A DNA stretch of 64,000 bases from an uncultured delta proteobacterium (GTDB lineage: Bacteria > Bdellovibrionota > FAC87 > UBA2466). The DNA lies in the NCBI GenBank assembly GCA_963778115.1, contig CAVZSV010000004.1, forward strand, positions 32,001 through 96,000, written 5' to 3'. A program made the translations under genes and the position numbers. Below are positions 1 to 10,000 of the stretch, in pieces. The notes below the pieces were generated by a model. The model was not told the DNA's origin. It worked only from the letters and a program-made list of their open reading frames with translations, and searched no databases. Position 1 is the stretch's first letter, and the number at the start of each line of letters is the position of its first letter.

Positions 1-696
1 TCTATTTTCCGAAGACCAATTTGGCTCAGTGACTGATTCGCCGGGTTTGCCCGCTATCTTTACGGGCTGGCGGATAGATCCGTTACCATCGTACTCGGCT
101 AGCCATAACTCGGAACTATCCCAAGGCATATTCGGATGGTTCCAGCAGATCCAAGCAAGTTGGTTCCCGTCAGGACTAATGCGGGGAAAGGCGTAGAAAT
201 CGGCACCACTCACCAGCACTTTGGTCGCACCCGTTCTACGATCAATGGCAACGATTTCATTCTTGGGCTCGCTACCTCCGTGAGAGTGGTCCTCTCTTAC
301 GGCGATCACAAAAAAAGAATCGACCACTCCGTCGGAATATCTAAGTTTTCCCATCTCCGTGAGCGGTCGTGCCGTCTTGCCTTCGCCGTCGTCTATTACG
401 TAAAGCCTTTGATCCGAAAAATTAGAAAAGTAAACACAACCATCGCCCACACAAAAAGCGCCTCCCCCATACTCGTGTACCTTGGTGCGTACACTTAAAG
501 GAGCAGGGGTGATTTCCGTCACCTCACCTGTCGCATTTTGTTTGAGCAGGGTCATGCGTCCCCCCTCATTAGATCTTGATTCCGTCCAGTAGATCTCCCC
601 TTTTGAGATCGCCATCTGGCCAAACTTCACCGTTCCCGAAGCGATAAGTCCCGCCGTTATGGGTGAACTCCACGTCCCGTAAGAAGATGTCTTCAC
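1..696 (-). CDS. S9 family (prolyl oligopeptidase/acylaminoacyl peptidase-like) peptidase, N-terminal part; runs off the window edge
   Basis: Not in the ORF track; translated by hand from GTG at 696 (AGGAG RBS upstream): MKTSSYGTWSSPITA...VRTKVHEYGGGAF...PRISPDGNQLAWICWNHPNMPWD, motifs typical of the beta-propeller region of this family; open to position 1. Confidence 0.85.
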   Translation of the reverse strand, partial: MKTSSYGTWSSPITAGLIASGTVKFGQMAISKGEIYWTESRSNEGGRMTLLKQNATGEVTEITPAPLSVRTKVHEYGGGAFCVGDGCVYFSNFSDQRLYVIDDGEGKTARPLTEMGKLRYSDGVVDSFFVIAVREDHSHGGSEPKNEIVAIDRRTGATKVLVSGADFYAFPRISPDGNQLAWICWNHPNMPWDSSELWLAEYDGNGSIRQPVKIAGKPGESVTEPNWSSENR

Positions 697-712
697 GTTG
701 TCTCCTATCACT

Positions 713-1285
713 CTAATTTGGGGATGGACTCTTTGGCAGCTTTGATTCAATCCCTAGGGCCTTGGCGAGGTCCGCGCTTGGAACTGCCCCCAAGGAGATT
801 CCCTTTTGGTAATTCGTTTTCGCCTGCTTCTTATCGAAAGTGAGTTCTGCTCTTGCAAGGGTCACAAAGGCCTCGCCATTTTTACTATCCAGTTCCACAG
901 CCTTCTTAGCCAACGGCAAAGCTTCCGGACTCATCTCCATAGAGAGAAAACTATCCGCAGCCCCTTTCCAACCTTCAGCACGGGTCGCATCTAGAATTAA
1001 TGCTTGGTTATAGCGGTAAAGGGCGGTCACCGGATCCCCATCGTGCAGAAGCGCTTCTTTACCGTCGGCAAGCACTTTATCGGTAGCATCAGCCACGGAC
1101 AACTTTGCTGTCAGATGCCGAACCAGCCGTTCGTCATCGTCGGAGTGTTTTGCCTTACATTCAACGGTGGGAGTCCACACAAAACAGCGGTGACGAAGAT
1201 GGTCCTTCGTCTTTTCAGCGACGGTAGCAAAGCCGTTCGTAGCTAAAATGGGAAGTAAGGTCAGGATAAGTCTTTTAATGCGCAT
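713..1285 (-). CDS. Secreted tetratricopeptide-repeat protein
   Basis: Signal peptide MRIKRLILTLLPILATNGFA; TPR-like helices ALYRYNQALILD..AEGW, ALPLAKKAVELDSKNGEAF. Confidence 0.7.
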   Translation of the reverse strand: MRIKRLILTLLPILATNGFATVAEKTKDHLRHRCFVWTPTVECKAKHSDDDERLVRHLTAKLSVADATDKVLADGKEALLHDGDPVTALYRYNQALILDATRAEGWKGAADSFLSMEMSPEALPLAKKAVELDSKNGEAFVTLARAELTFDKKQAKTNYQKGISLGAVPSADLAKALGIESKLPKSPSPN

Positions 1286-1709
1286 AGCGTGGGGTACGTA
1301 CCGTCAATTCCATGCGGTAAGCGTCTCGTTTCTGTTCATAGTAACCTTTTCGAACTCCCATTCGCTTAAACCGAAGCGATTCATAAAGCGCGATAGCTGG
1401 ACTATTTTCCACGTCCACTTCTAAAAGCAGACGATCCACTTTGGGATCTCTTTTTGCAGACTCAAGCAAGTGCTTTGCAAATCCTCGTTTGCGATGCTCC
1501 AGACGTGTCGCGATAGATACGATATCAAGTTCTCCTTGAACCAAAAGAGCAATGAGGTAAGCACCCAACTGCGATCTCTCGTACAAGCCATAACAATAGC
1601 CGCAGCCGTGGTCCAAAAAGTAGGCAAACTCTTGAGCCGTCCACACTTTCGGAAAGCTGTCCCTAGCGATGCCTAAAATGCTATCGATATCGCGTGCGCT
1701 TAGACGCAC
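1275..1709 (-). CDS. rimI: Ribosomal protein S18-alanine N-acetyltransferase (GNAT)
   Basis: GELDIVSIAT..HRKRGFAK, LLEVDVENSPAIALYESLRFKRMGVRKGYY..DA motifs; start GTG 1709 chosen to avoid overlap with the upstream gene (ORF track extends to 1781). Confidence 0.85.
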   Translation of the reverse strand: MRLSARDIDSILGIARDSFPKVWTAQEFAYFLDHGCGYCYGLYERSQLGAYLIALLVQGELDIVSIATRLEHRKRGFAKHLLESAKRDPKVDRLLLEVDVENSPAIALYESLRFKRMGVRKGYYEQKRDAYRMELTVRTPRYAH

Positions 1710-1726
1710 GGGCGGTTGGCAATCGC

Positions 1727-2368
1727 TTAGCTGCCCAATAAATTGACTAGGCCGTACTTGTCCTTCAAGAAACGCACCCACTCTTCGAGTCCTTTCTCCA
1801 TACGCTCTTTCTTCAGTAAAAGAGTGATATTGTCCTTTAGACTTTCAAAAGACGAATTTGCAAAACGAGCTTGGTTCTGCGTGAAATAGCGCTCCGCTTC
1901 CGCTTCGGTGATGATGGGAGTTAGAGTCTCGACCTTCTTCTGAAGGAAGCGCTCTACGTTGTAGCTCTTGGCAAGCCTCTCTACAGCCGCCGACTCTGAT
2001 CGAGAAAAACGAATAAGGACGGCCCGAAACCGGCTTTCTTTGTCCTTAGTCTTCCAACTGGCTATTAATCTCTGAGCGTCGCTTAACCCTCCGCCATCGT
2101 ACTTAAAACTTTTTATCTCGGAGGTCACCATCTCTTCCAGAGCCATCCGCTGAACGGTTTTCCTGAGTTCTTCCCCTTTCTCGCGTGTTAGCGGATCGCC
2201 TGTCCCTTCGCGCAATCTCTGAAGCCCTCGATAAAAGTAGGCGTCCTGAACGGTAAGTAGCCCTTTACCAACGATTGCTGCAGTTCCATCCACAAGGACT
2301 TTATCGGCACCTAAACCGACTCCGGCACCAGCGATAAACAGCAGCGCTATGAGAAGTAATCGCTTCAT
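1727..2368 (-). CDS. Periplasmic SurA N-terminal-domain-like chaperone
   Basis: Signal peptide; LVDGTAAIVG..LT, ITEAEAERYF..N and LEEWVRFLKDK resemble SurA/PrsA core helices; no parvulin domain seen. Confidence 0.6.
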   Translation of the reverse strand: MKRLLLIALLFIAGAGVGLGADKVLVDGTAAIVGKGLLTVQDAYFYRGLQRLREGTGDPLTREKGEELRKTVQRMALEEMVTSEIKSFKYDGGGLSDAQRLIASWKTKDKESRFRAVLIRFSRSESAAVERLAKSYNVERFLQKKVETLTPIITEAEAERYFTQNQARFANSSFESLKDNITLLLKKERMEKGLEEWVRFLKDKYGLVNLLGS

Positions 2369-2763
2369 GCGCTGGTAATTACCGCCACCGCTTCAATCTC
2401 GATCCTTACCTCTTTCGGTAGCCGCGCCACTTCGACCGTGGATCGCGCCGGAAAGGGAGAAGGAAAGAACTTGCCATACGTTTCGTTAAACTTTCCGAAG
2501 TCATCCATATTTTTTAAGAACACGGTCGTCTTAACGACATTGGAGAGATCTAGGCTAGCCGCTTTCAAAACGGCCTGCATGTTGCGTATCACTTGCTCCG
2601 TTTGAGCGGAAATGTCGCCCTCGACCACCTTCCCCGAGGCCGCATCCAAAGGAATTTGTCCCGACAAAAAGACAAGGTTTCCGCATCGAATGGCTTGGGA
2701 ATAGGGACCTAGTGCCGCAGGGGCTTTATCTGTGCTTAATACCGCTTTGTGATTCGACGACAT
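2365..2763 (-). CDS. ridA: RidA/YjgF/UK114 enamine/imine deaminase
   Basis: APAALGPYSQA, SGQIPLD, VVKTTVFL, FPARSTVEVARLPK..IEIEAVA; start ATG 2763 (MSSNHKAV). Confidence 0.92.
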   Translation of the reverse strand: MSSNHKAVLSTDKAPAALGPYSQAIRCGNLVFLSGQIPLDAASGKVVEGDISAQTEQVIRNMQAVLKAASLDLSNVVKTTVFLKNMDDFGKFNETYGKFFPSPFPARSTVEVARLPKEVRIEIEAVAVITSA

Positions 2764-2764
2764 C

Positions 2765-3151
2765 TTACTCTCCTTGAGATGGGGGCTCCGTAGAGACACT
2801 GATGTGCCCCTTTTTTGCTTCACCCTTTTTAGCTTCAAAAGAGACTTTGGCTTCGACGTGAATACGATGATGTTCGAGAAATTTCGATACCTCTTGGCTG
2901 ATATCAACTTTAGACAGCACTCGGCCAAACTCCTTAACTAATAACCCGTAAAAATCGTCCTTTTTCTTGGAGATTCCGTCTAGCAACACCGAAACTACCT
3001 CTTTGGGCAGTTTCATCTCTTTCAAATAGCCTCTTATAGCGTCTTCCGTAACGAAATAGGTGGCTAGTCCCCCCAGAGCAAGCTCTCTCATCACCTCGCT
3101 CCATCTTTTTTTTTCGTCCGGCGTCCGATTATCTTGTTCGTTGCTGTCCAC
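2765..3151 (-). CDS. Hypothetical protein (helical, possibly phasin-like)
   Basis: Packed without gaps into the minus-strand operon; GLATYFVTEDAIRGYLKEMKLPKE; function not assignable. Confidence 0.6.
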   Translation of the reverse strand: MDSNEQDNRTPDEKKRWSEVMRELALGGLATYFVTEDAIRGYLKEMKLPKEVVSVLLDGISKKKDDFYGLLVKEFGRVLSKVDISQEVSKFLEHHRIHVEAKVSFEAKKGEAKKGHISVSTEPPSQGE

Positions 3152-3160
3152 GGGTGGCCT

Positions 3161-3598
3161 CTACTTCTTTTTGACTTTTTTAGTCCGCTCTTCGAAACCT
3201 TCCATCATACGAGGAAGACTTGTCTCGGTTAATTTTTTCGAAATCCAACCCGGGATCAGAAAACCCACGGCCACATCTAACTCATACGTAGCATCGGTAT
3301 TTCCGGCTCCCGCATCCTTGAGTAACCAGCGTCCGGTATTGGTCTTGAAGAAGTTACTCTCGACCAACTCCCAGTAGACCTCTTCGTTCTCTTTAAACTT
3401 GAAGGACAGGGTGTATTGAAAGCGCTTTACGATCTCAAGTTCAAACTTTACCGTAGCCGTCTGTTTGGTCGCCCCAGGTTGAACTTCCACCGATACCACC
3501 TCAGTCACAAATTCGGGATAGGATTTGAAATCGGTAATCACTTGGTAGAGCGCTTCTTTCGAAACACCCATCTTTCTCTCTTTTACTACTTTTGCCAT
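3161..3598 (-). CDS. SRPBCC/polyketide cyclase family protein (RatA/Coq10-like)
   Basis: LYQVITDFKSYPEFV, FFKTNTGRWLL, TYELDV, MMEGFEERTK pattern of the START/RatA fold; start ATG 3598. Confidence 0.8.
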   Translation of the reverse strand: MAKVVKERKMGVSKEALYQVITDFKSYPEFVTEVVSVEVQPGATKQTATVKFELEIVKRFQYTLSFKFKENEEVYWELVESNFFKTNTGRWLLKDAGAGNTDATYELDVAVGFLIPGWISKKLTETSLPRMMEGFEERTKKVKKK

Positions 3599-3612
3599 CG
3601 TCAAATCATCCT

Positions 3613-4572
3613 TTACCAGCCGTACCGAGGTTTGGTGTCAAACCGATGATGGGCTTTAATATCACGAATCGTACCGGTCTCGGATCTCATTACGATGGAA
3701 TGCGTATGTGCCCCTCCGCCGTAATAACGTACGCCGTTTAAATAACTCCCATTAGTGATTCCAGTCGCTATCAGCATGACATTGCCACGGGCGAGATCGT
3801 CGATCTGGTAGATCTTATTCTCGTCGGTAACTCCCATCTTCTTGGCCCGAGCTCTCTCTTCGTCGTTTCGAAATTTTAGAACCCCCTGGAAGTCTCCTCC
3901 TAAGCATTGCATGGCCGCGGCTGAAATGACTCCTTCAGGAGCCCCTCCGATACCTATCAGCATATCTACCCCGGTCTCTTCTTGAGCAGTGGCAATGGCG
4001 GCCGAAACATCGCCGTCCCCGATAAGTCGAATGCGAGCTCCCGCGGCCCGCACTTCGGCGATCAGATCGGCGTGGCGGGGCCTATCTAGGATGATAATCA
4101 TTAAATCTTCGACTCTCTTTTTTAACGCCTTGGAAACCTCTTTGATATTCCAGCTGGGCGGGCGAGTGATGTCGATAACACCTTTTGCCCTGGGCCCCAC
4201 GGCCAGTTTGTCCATGTACGTATCGGGGGCATGAAGAAAGCCACCATCTTCGGCGGCAGCAATAACTGAAATGGCTTCGCTTCTTCCTAGCGCCGTGATG
4301 GTCGTTCCTTCCAAGGGATCGCAAGCGATATCGATCTTAGGACCGTTACCTTCCCCAACCTTCTCTCCAATATAGAGCATCGGAGCTTCGTCTCGCTCGC
4401 CTTCTCCAATCACAATGGTGCCTTCGAAGCGAATAGAGTCGAATGCTTTTCGCATCGATTCCACCGCAGCTCGATCGGCAGCCTTTTCGTCACCTCGACC
4501 AATCCATCGCCCGACTGCCAAAGCCGCGGCTTCCGTAACCCTCACAAACTCAAGCGCTAGATTCCTATCCAT
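3613..4572 (-). CDS. glpX: Class II fructose-1,6-bisphosphatase
   Basis: RVTEAAA, VIGEGERDEAPMLYIGE, DPLEGT, DRPRH, GIGGAPEGV motifs. Confidence 0.97.
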   Translation of the reverse strand: MDRNLALEFVRVTEAAALAVGRWIGRGDEKAADRAAVESMRKAFDSIRFEGTIVIGEGERDEAPMLYIGEKVGEGNGPKIDIACDPLEGTTITALGRSEAISVIAAAEDGGFLHAPDTYMDKLAVGPRAKGVIDITRPPSWNIKEVSKALKKRVEDLMIIILDRPRHADLIAEVRAAGARIRLIGDGDVSAAIATAQEETGVDMLIGIGGAPEGVISAAAMQCLGGDFQGVLKFRNDEERARAKKMGVTDENKIYQIDDLARGNVMLIATGITNGSYLNGVRYYGGGAHTHSIVMRSETGTIRDIKAHHRFDTKPRYGW

Positions 4573-4747
4573 TTGCCCCTCGGTTCAAAGAAGACCTGAA
4601 ACGTAGAAGGTAGCATACCATTGGCTGGCACTCAATTTAGCATTTCGCCTGTGATATTGGTGGGTTGTAAATCCATACGGCGGATTTACGATTAGGGATT
4701 CTTCCTTAGATGAAACTTCAGATCAATCTTAAGTTTCATCCTTAATA

Positions 4748-4781
4748 ATTAAAGGGCGCCCATTGCTGGGCGCCCTTTAAT
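4748..4781. terminator. Perfect 15-bp inverted repeat, terminator-like hairpin
   Basis: ATTAAAGGGCGCCCA-TTGC-TGGGCGCCCTTTAAT between the divergent glpX and DUF721 genes. Confidence 0.5.
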
Positions 4782-4888
4782 GGGAGGGGGATGATAATGA
4801 GCTGTTGTTTGTCCAACTCTGTCACTGTGATAGACGTCGGGCCTCTTGATTGTGTGACAACTACAGTGACGATTGATTAAGATGAAAC

Positions 4889-5311
4889 GTGGCAGAAAAA
4901 CCCCCAAAAATTTTTGAGAAAAGAAGCTTTCAAGAACGAGAGCTCGATAAACTTTTTAGGGACCGCGTCAAAGATCGAACGAAATACAAGTCGAGAAGGC
5001 AGAAGAGCCTAGAAGCGCCGCTCCAAGACTTTAGCGCTTTACTCTCTACTTTCTTCAAGAAGGACAGCAATACGCTAAAAAGAATCGAAGAGAGCAGAGC
5101 CTTAATGGCGTGGGAAAGTTTTGTGGGGGATACTGCGGCGCGTGTTTCTCAGCCTTTAAAAATTCGAGGAACCCAGCTCATCGTTCGAGTCCAGGATGGT
5201 TTGTGGATGCAACAGCTGATGATGCTTAAGCAGGATCTGCTACGCAAATATCGTGAAGCTTTTCCGCGGCTCCAACTGACCGATATCTTTTTCACCCGGC
5301 GATCCGTTTAG
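4889..5311 (+). CDS. DUF721/DciA family protein
   Basis: WESFVGDTAARVSQPLKIRGTQLIVRVQDGLWMQQLMMLKQDLL..I.F matches the DciA/DUF721 KH-like domain pattern. Confidence 0.8.
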   Translation: MAEKPPKIFEKRSFQERELDKLFRDRVKDRTKYKSRRQKSLEAPLQDFSALLSTFFKKDSNTLKRIEESRALMAWESFVGDTAARVSQPLKIRGTQLIVRVQDGLWMQQLMMLKQDLLRKYREAFPRLQLTDIFFTRRSV

Positions 5312-5320
5312 AGAAATTCT

Positions 5321-5755
5321 CTACTTGCCCGTACTGCCAAATCCTCCGCCATCGCGATCGCTCTGAGAAAGTTCCAGCGAAGACTGCCATTGAATTCTTT
5401 CCACCCGATTCAACACCAGCTGGGCAATCCGGTCGCCGGGGCTGACGGTCACCGGTGAAATTCCCAAGTTCACCATCAAAATTTTCACCTCTCCCCGGTA
5501 ATCGCTGTCTATCGTACCGGGGGCATTGATGACGGTAAGCCCTTGCTTGAAGGACAATCCACTTCGCGGCCGAACTTGTACTTCGAACCCTTCGGGAATT
5601 TCAAACGCGAGCCCTGTAGTGATAGCCACTCGTTCACCCGGAGGCACCTCCAGAGGCGCCCTTAGGCAGGCCATGACGTCACAGCCGGCAGCACCTTCGG
5701 ACATGTATCTAGGAGTCTCAGCATCCGGATTTAGTTTTAGAAATCGAATCACCAT
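5321..5755 (-). CDS. dut: dUTP diphosphatase
   Basis: GAAGCD, QVRPRSGL, NAPGTIDSDYRGE, GDRIAQL, R..GGFGSTG. Confidence 0.97.
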   Translation of the reverse strand: MVIRFLKLNPDAETPRYMSEGAAGCDVMACLRAPLEVPPGERVAITTGLAFEIPEGFEVQVRPRSGLSFKQGLTVINAPGTIDSDYRGEVKILMVNLGISPVTVSPGDRIAQLVLNRVERIQWQSSLELSQSDRDGGGFGSTGK

Positions 5756-5770
5756 GGCAACCCCTCTTCT

Positions 5771-7027
5771 TTAGAAAATAGATATCTTTCCCTTGCGCGG
5801 CATCGCCCGAGCAAGGGCCACCGCGGCCTGTTTCTTCGCGATAAAGGTTCGTTGAGCCAGAGCTTGGACCCTATCGGGAGTTACCGTCTCAAGATCCTTT
5901 AGCACCTCTTCGACGGGAACATACCGCCCAAACACGATCTCGTTTCGTCCCAAGGACTCCTGCCGCGCATCCATATTTTCGCTGGACAGCAGAATTGTCC
6001 CCCGCAATTGGCCCTTTACTACGGAAAGCTCTTTCTCGGTCAAAGGATACTCCTTAAGCCTGGTCACTTCGCGGCCAATAATCTGCAGACATTGGGGCAA
6101 AGACTTAGGCGCCATCGCTACATAGATCGAAAGAATTCCAGTTTCTGAAAACGGAACACAATCGCAATCAACGGTATAGGCCAGCCCCGCCTTTTCCCGA
6201 ATCTCCTGAAAAAGGCGGCTCGACATCCCGCCTCCTAGAAAGAAACTTAATATAAGGGCATCAAAGCGGAAGGGATCTTTAAATCCGATCCCCTCAAAGC
6301 CCAGAAGAAGGTGGAGTTGCTCCGTGTCCATTTTGACCGTCTTCGATCTCGCTTGATAGACAGACCTACGGCGGGCCTTTGGCGCGACACTCTGACTTGG
6401 AAGGGGTGAAAAATATTTCTCACACAACTGCTGAAGCTCTTTCGCGTCCACATTTCCCGCAACCGCGATAACCATATTGCGAGCCGTATAGTGAGTATTG
6501 AAATAATTAATAAGCTGCTTGCGGGAAAAATCCAGTATTGTCTGCCGAGAACCGATAATAGGTTGCCCCAAGGGTCCTTTATCCCACACGGTAGAAAAAA
6601 AGAGATCTCCGATATAATCGTCGGGTGCTTCCTCTACCATCGAAAGCTCTTGTAGCAAGACCTTTCGTTCTCGTTCCAGCTCCTCGGCCGGAAAAGTGGG
6701 ATTCGTAAGCAAGTCGCTCAATACGTCCAGAGCAAGTTCCGTGTTTTCTCTTAGCACGGTCGCGTGAAAGCAGGTGAATTCCCTGTCGGTAAAAGCGTTT
6801 AAATCCCCTCCCACCGACTCAAGGGCCGTCGCCAGAGCGAACGCCGATCGGTTTTTAGTCCCTTTAAAGACCATATGTTCAATGAAGTGGCTTAAACCAT
6901 TTTGACGGGGAGACTCACAAACGCTTCCCACTCGAACCCATACGCCGATGGATACCGACTTAACGTGGGGATGGTGCTCGACCACTAAGGTCATTCCGTT
7001 GGAAAGGGTCGCCTTGGTGTAGGACAA
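5771..7027 (-). CDS. M16 family (pitrilysin/MPP-like) zinc peptidase
   Basis: HFIEH inverted zinc motif, NAFT, GGGMSSRLFQEIREKAGLAY; usual position downstream of pnp. Confidence 0.95.
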   Translation of the reverse strand: MSYTKATLSNGMTLVVEHHPHVKSVSIGVWVRVGSVCESPRQNGLSHFIEHMVFKGTKNRSAFALATALESVGGDLNAFTDREFTCFHATVLRENTELALDVLSDLLTNPTFPAEELERERKVLLQELSMVEEAPDDYIGDLFFSTVWDKGPLGQPIIGSRQTILDFSRKQLINYFNTHYTARNMVIAVAGNVDAKELQQLCEKYFSPLPSQSVAPKARRRSVYQARSKTVKMDTEQLHLLLGFEGIGFKDPFRFDALILSFFLGGGMSSRLFQEIREKAGLAYTVDCDCVPFSETGILSIYVAMAPKSLPQCLQIIGREVTRLKEYPLTEKELSVVKGQLRGTILLSSENMDARQESLGRNEIVFGRYVPVEEVLKDLETVTPDRVQALAQRTFIAKKQAAVALARAMPRKGKISIF

Positions 7028-7076
7028 TGGCTACCGCCTTTGGGCTAGTCTACTAAAGCAATAAATGGGGAAACGA

Positions 7077-10000
7077 CTATTCGTTTTCTTCTTCGTCCCC
7101 TGCGGTTCGAGAACGGAATCGAGGAAACCCCGGCTCAGAGCGTCCCTGGCGAGGCTCGCGAGCACCTCTGTCACCCTGGGCGGGACCGCGTCCCCCACGA
7201 TCGCCACCACCGCGGCGATTGCCGCGATCTTCGGTGGGACCGTTGCGATCTCTATCAAAATACGGCTCACGTCCCCGATCAAAATCTTTCTCTTCTCTGG
7301 CATCGCGTTCCGCGCGTACACTCAACGTATTGCGATCTATCCGCTCATTGCGCGCCATCCGCTCTTGACGCTCCGGATCCACGTCCCCTCGCTCGGCCCG
7401 TTCCTGTCGGTCGGGCCGATCAAATCCCCGGTCCGCACCGCGATCGGGGGTACGATCAAAGCCTCTATCGATTCCCCGCTCCGGCTCGCGCGGGCCTCGA
7501 AATCCGCGTTCGTTTCCTCTTTCGGGCCGGTCAAAACGATTTCCGCGATCGCCCCCTCTATCGCTTCCAATTCTCTCTCCACCGCGATCGAAATCACCAC
7601 GATCCGAGCGTCCCGGTCCTCGCCCCCCCGCTGGGCGCTCTGAAGCTGAACCCGAACTCGTGCGTTCGGGACGTTCTGTACGTTCAGAGCGGCCGGGGCG
7701 CACGGGCCCCCGGTCATTACGTTCATTGCGATCATTTCTGTCGCGACCAAAGCTGGGACGCGAATCGTGTTCGCGTCCCCGAGATTCCTGATGACGCCCT
7801 TCGCTTCGGCCGCCTCTGTCTCCTCGGCCGCCTCTATCTCCACGGCCGCCGCGATCTCCGCCACGATCGCCTCTATCGGGACGATCGGACCTGTCATTAC
7901 GCTCTGGCCGGTCGGGGCGTTCAGTCCGCTCGGGGCGATCACCACGATCTCTTTCTTCACGAGCTTCGGAAGCCTCCGCTCGAGGACCGCCACCGCCTTC
8001 ATCTCCGCCGCCACCATCTTTGGGCAATAGCGCTTTGCGAGAGAGTCGGATCTTGCCTTGCGAATCCACGTCCAAACATTTTACTTTAATGACGTCGCCT
8101 TCTTTCACGACATCTTCCACGCGTCTAACGCGATGGTGCTCCAGTTCCGAAATATGGACTAAGCCGTCGGTTCCTGGAATAATTTCGACGAAAGCTCCGA
8201 ATTCAGCGATTCGCGATACCCGGCCTTCGTAAATTCTCCCGATCTCGGGCTCCTCGGTAATTCCTTGAATGATGGCGATTGCTTTTTGAGCACTCTCTTC
8301 ATCGGTAGAAGCGATGTGAATGGAACCGTCATCCTCGATGTCGATCTTAACACCCGTCTGCTCGATAATTCCGCGGATTACTTTACCACCCGAACCAATG
8401 ACCTCTCGTACCTTATCCGGCTTAATCTTAATCGTATGGATGCGCGGAGCAAACGGAGACATCTCCGTACGAGGTTGAGCTAGGATCGCATTCATCTTTT
8501 CCAAGACATGAAGTCGTCCTTCACGAGCTTGGGCCAGTGCCTGCTCCATGATCTCTCGGCTAACACCGCCAATTTTGAGATCCATTTGGAAGCCGGTAAC
8601 CCCGTCGGCGGTTCCACAGACTTTAAAATCCATGTCACCCAGATGATCTTCATCACCCAAAATGTCTGAAAGAACGGCGACCTGTTCGCCCTCTTTAATA
8701 AGTCCCATGGCTACACCGGCCACAGCCTTTTGAATCGGAACGCCTGCGTCCATCAAAGCAAGAGATCCGCTACAAACGCTCGCCATCGACGAAGAGCCGT
8801 TAGACTCGAGCACTTCCGCTACAATGCGGATGGTGTAAGGAAACACCTCTTTCGAAGGGATAACGTATTGAAGGGAACGTTCTGCCAAGTGACCATGCCC
8901 AATTTCACGACGTCCCGGTGGACGTAAAGGCCTGGCCTCCCCTACCGAGAACGGCGGGAAATTGTAATGCAATAGAAAGGTCTTTTGGTAGGCTCCCGAG
9001 ATAGCGTCGATCTTTTGCTCGTCATCGCTGGTACCCAAAGTCAGAGCCGAAAGCACTTGGGTCTCACCGCGGGTGAATAAGCCCGTGCCATGAACCCGAG
9101 GAAGAACTCCCACTTCGCAAGTGATGTCTCGAATCGCATTATAAGCCCTACCGTCGATTCGCTTTTTCGATTCTAAGGTGAGCTCTCGCGCATAGGTCGC
9201 TTTAAGTTCGTCAAAATAGAATTCGACAAGCTTGTTCTTAGCAACTTCGGCCGAGGATTTCGGCTCCGCCACCGCGAACTTGTCTTTAACGGTTTTCTTT
9301 AATTCACTAAGAGCCTCGTAACGAAGCAGCTTTTCGCGAATGCTAAACGCATTAGAAAAAGGCGTCCATGCAAAGGTCTTGATCTGCTTCTTGAGCGCTT
9401 CGTCCCGCAGAGGCTTGTCGTAATCGCGTTTCGCTTTATTTCCGGTCTTTTCGCGTAATTCTTCGATAAGGGCAATTACCCTTTGGTTTTGCTCATGAGC
9501 AAAATCCAAGGCTCCCGTCAAAGTCGCTTCACTAACCTCTTTAGCTCCGCCTTCCACCATGATGATTCCGGTCTTAACGCCGGAAACCAAGAGATCGACA
9601 GTACTTTCGGGTTGGTCAGCGGGAGGAGGATTGGCCACGAATTCGCCATCGATCTGTCCCACTCGGCAGGTTCCGATAGGACCACTCCAAGGAATATCCG
9701 AAATATGAAGGGCGGCACTTGCCGCAATTGAAGCCACGATATCGGCTTCGTTCACATTATCGATGCAAAGAACGGTTACCGTCACATTGCAATCGCATAA
9801 GAAATCCTCAGGAAACAAAGGTCTAAGAGGCCTATCGATCAGACGAGCGGAAAGAGTGGCCCTATCCGAGGGCTTGGCTTCTCGCTTGAAGAATCCGCCT
9901 GGGATTCTTCCCGCTGCATAATACTTTTCCTGAAAATCCACCGTGAGGGGAAAAAAGTCCTGTCCTTCTTTGACTTTCTTTCCAGCCACTACGGCTACCA

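Noticed and set aside
136..498. 120-aa plus-strand ORF
   Set aside because: Antisense shadow of the S9 peptidase on the minus strand (1-696), which has recognisable motifs and an RBS
4625..4642. TGGCACTCAATTTAGCA as a sigma-54 promoter
   Set aside because: GG-to-GC spacing is 11 nt rather than the required 10
7065..8030. Alternative-frame and antisense ORFs over the pnp tail (192, 226 and 87 aa)
   Set aside because: By-products of low-complexity Arg/Asp/Gly codons lacking stops; no RBS or protein-like features
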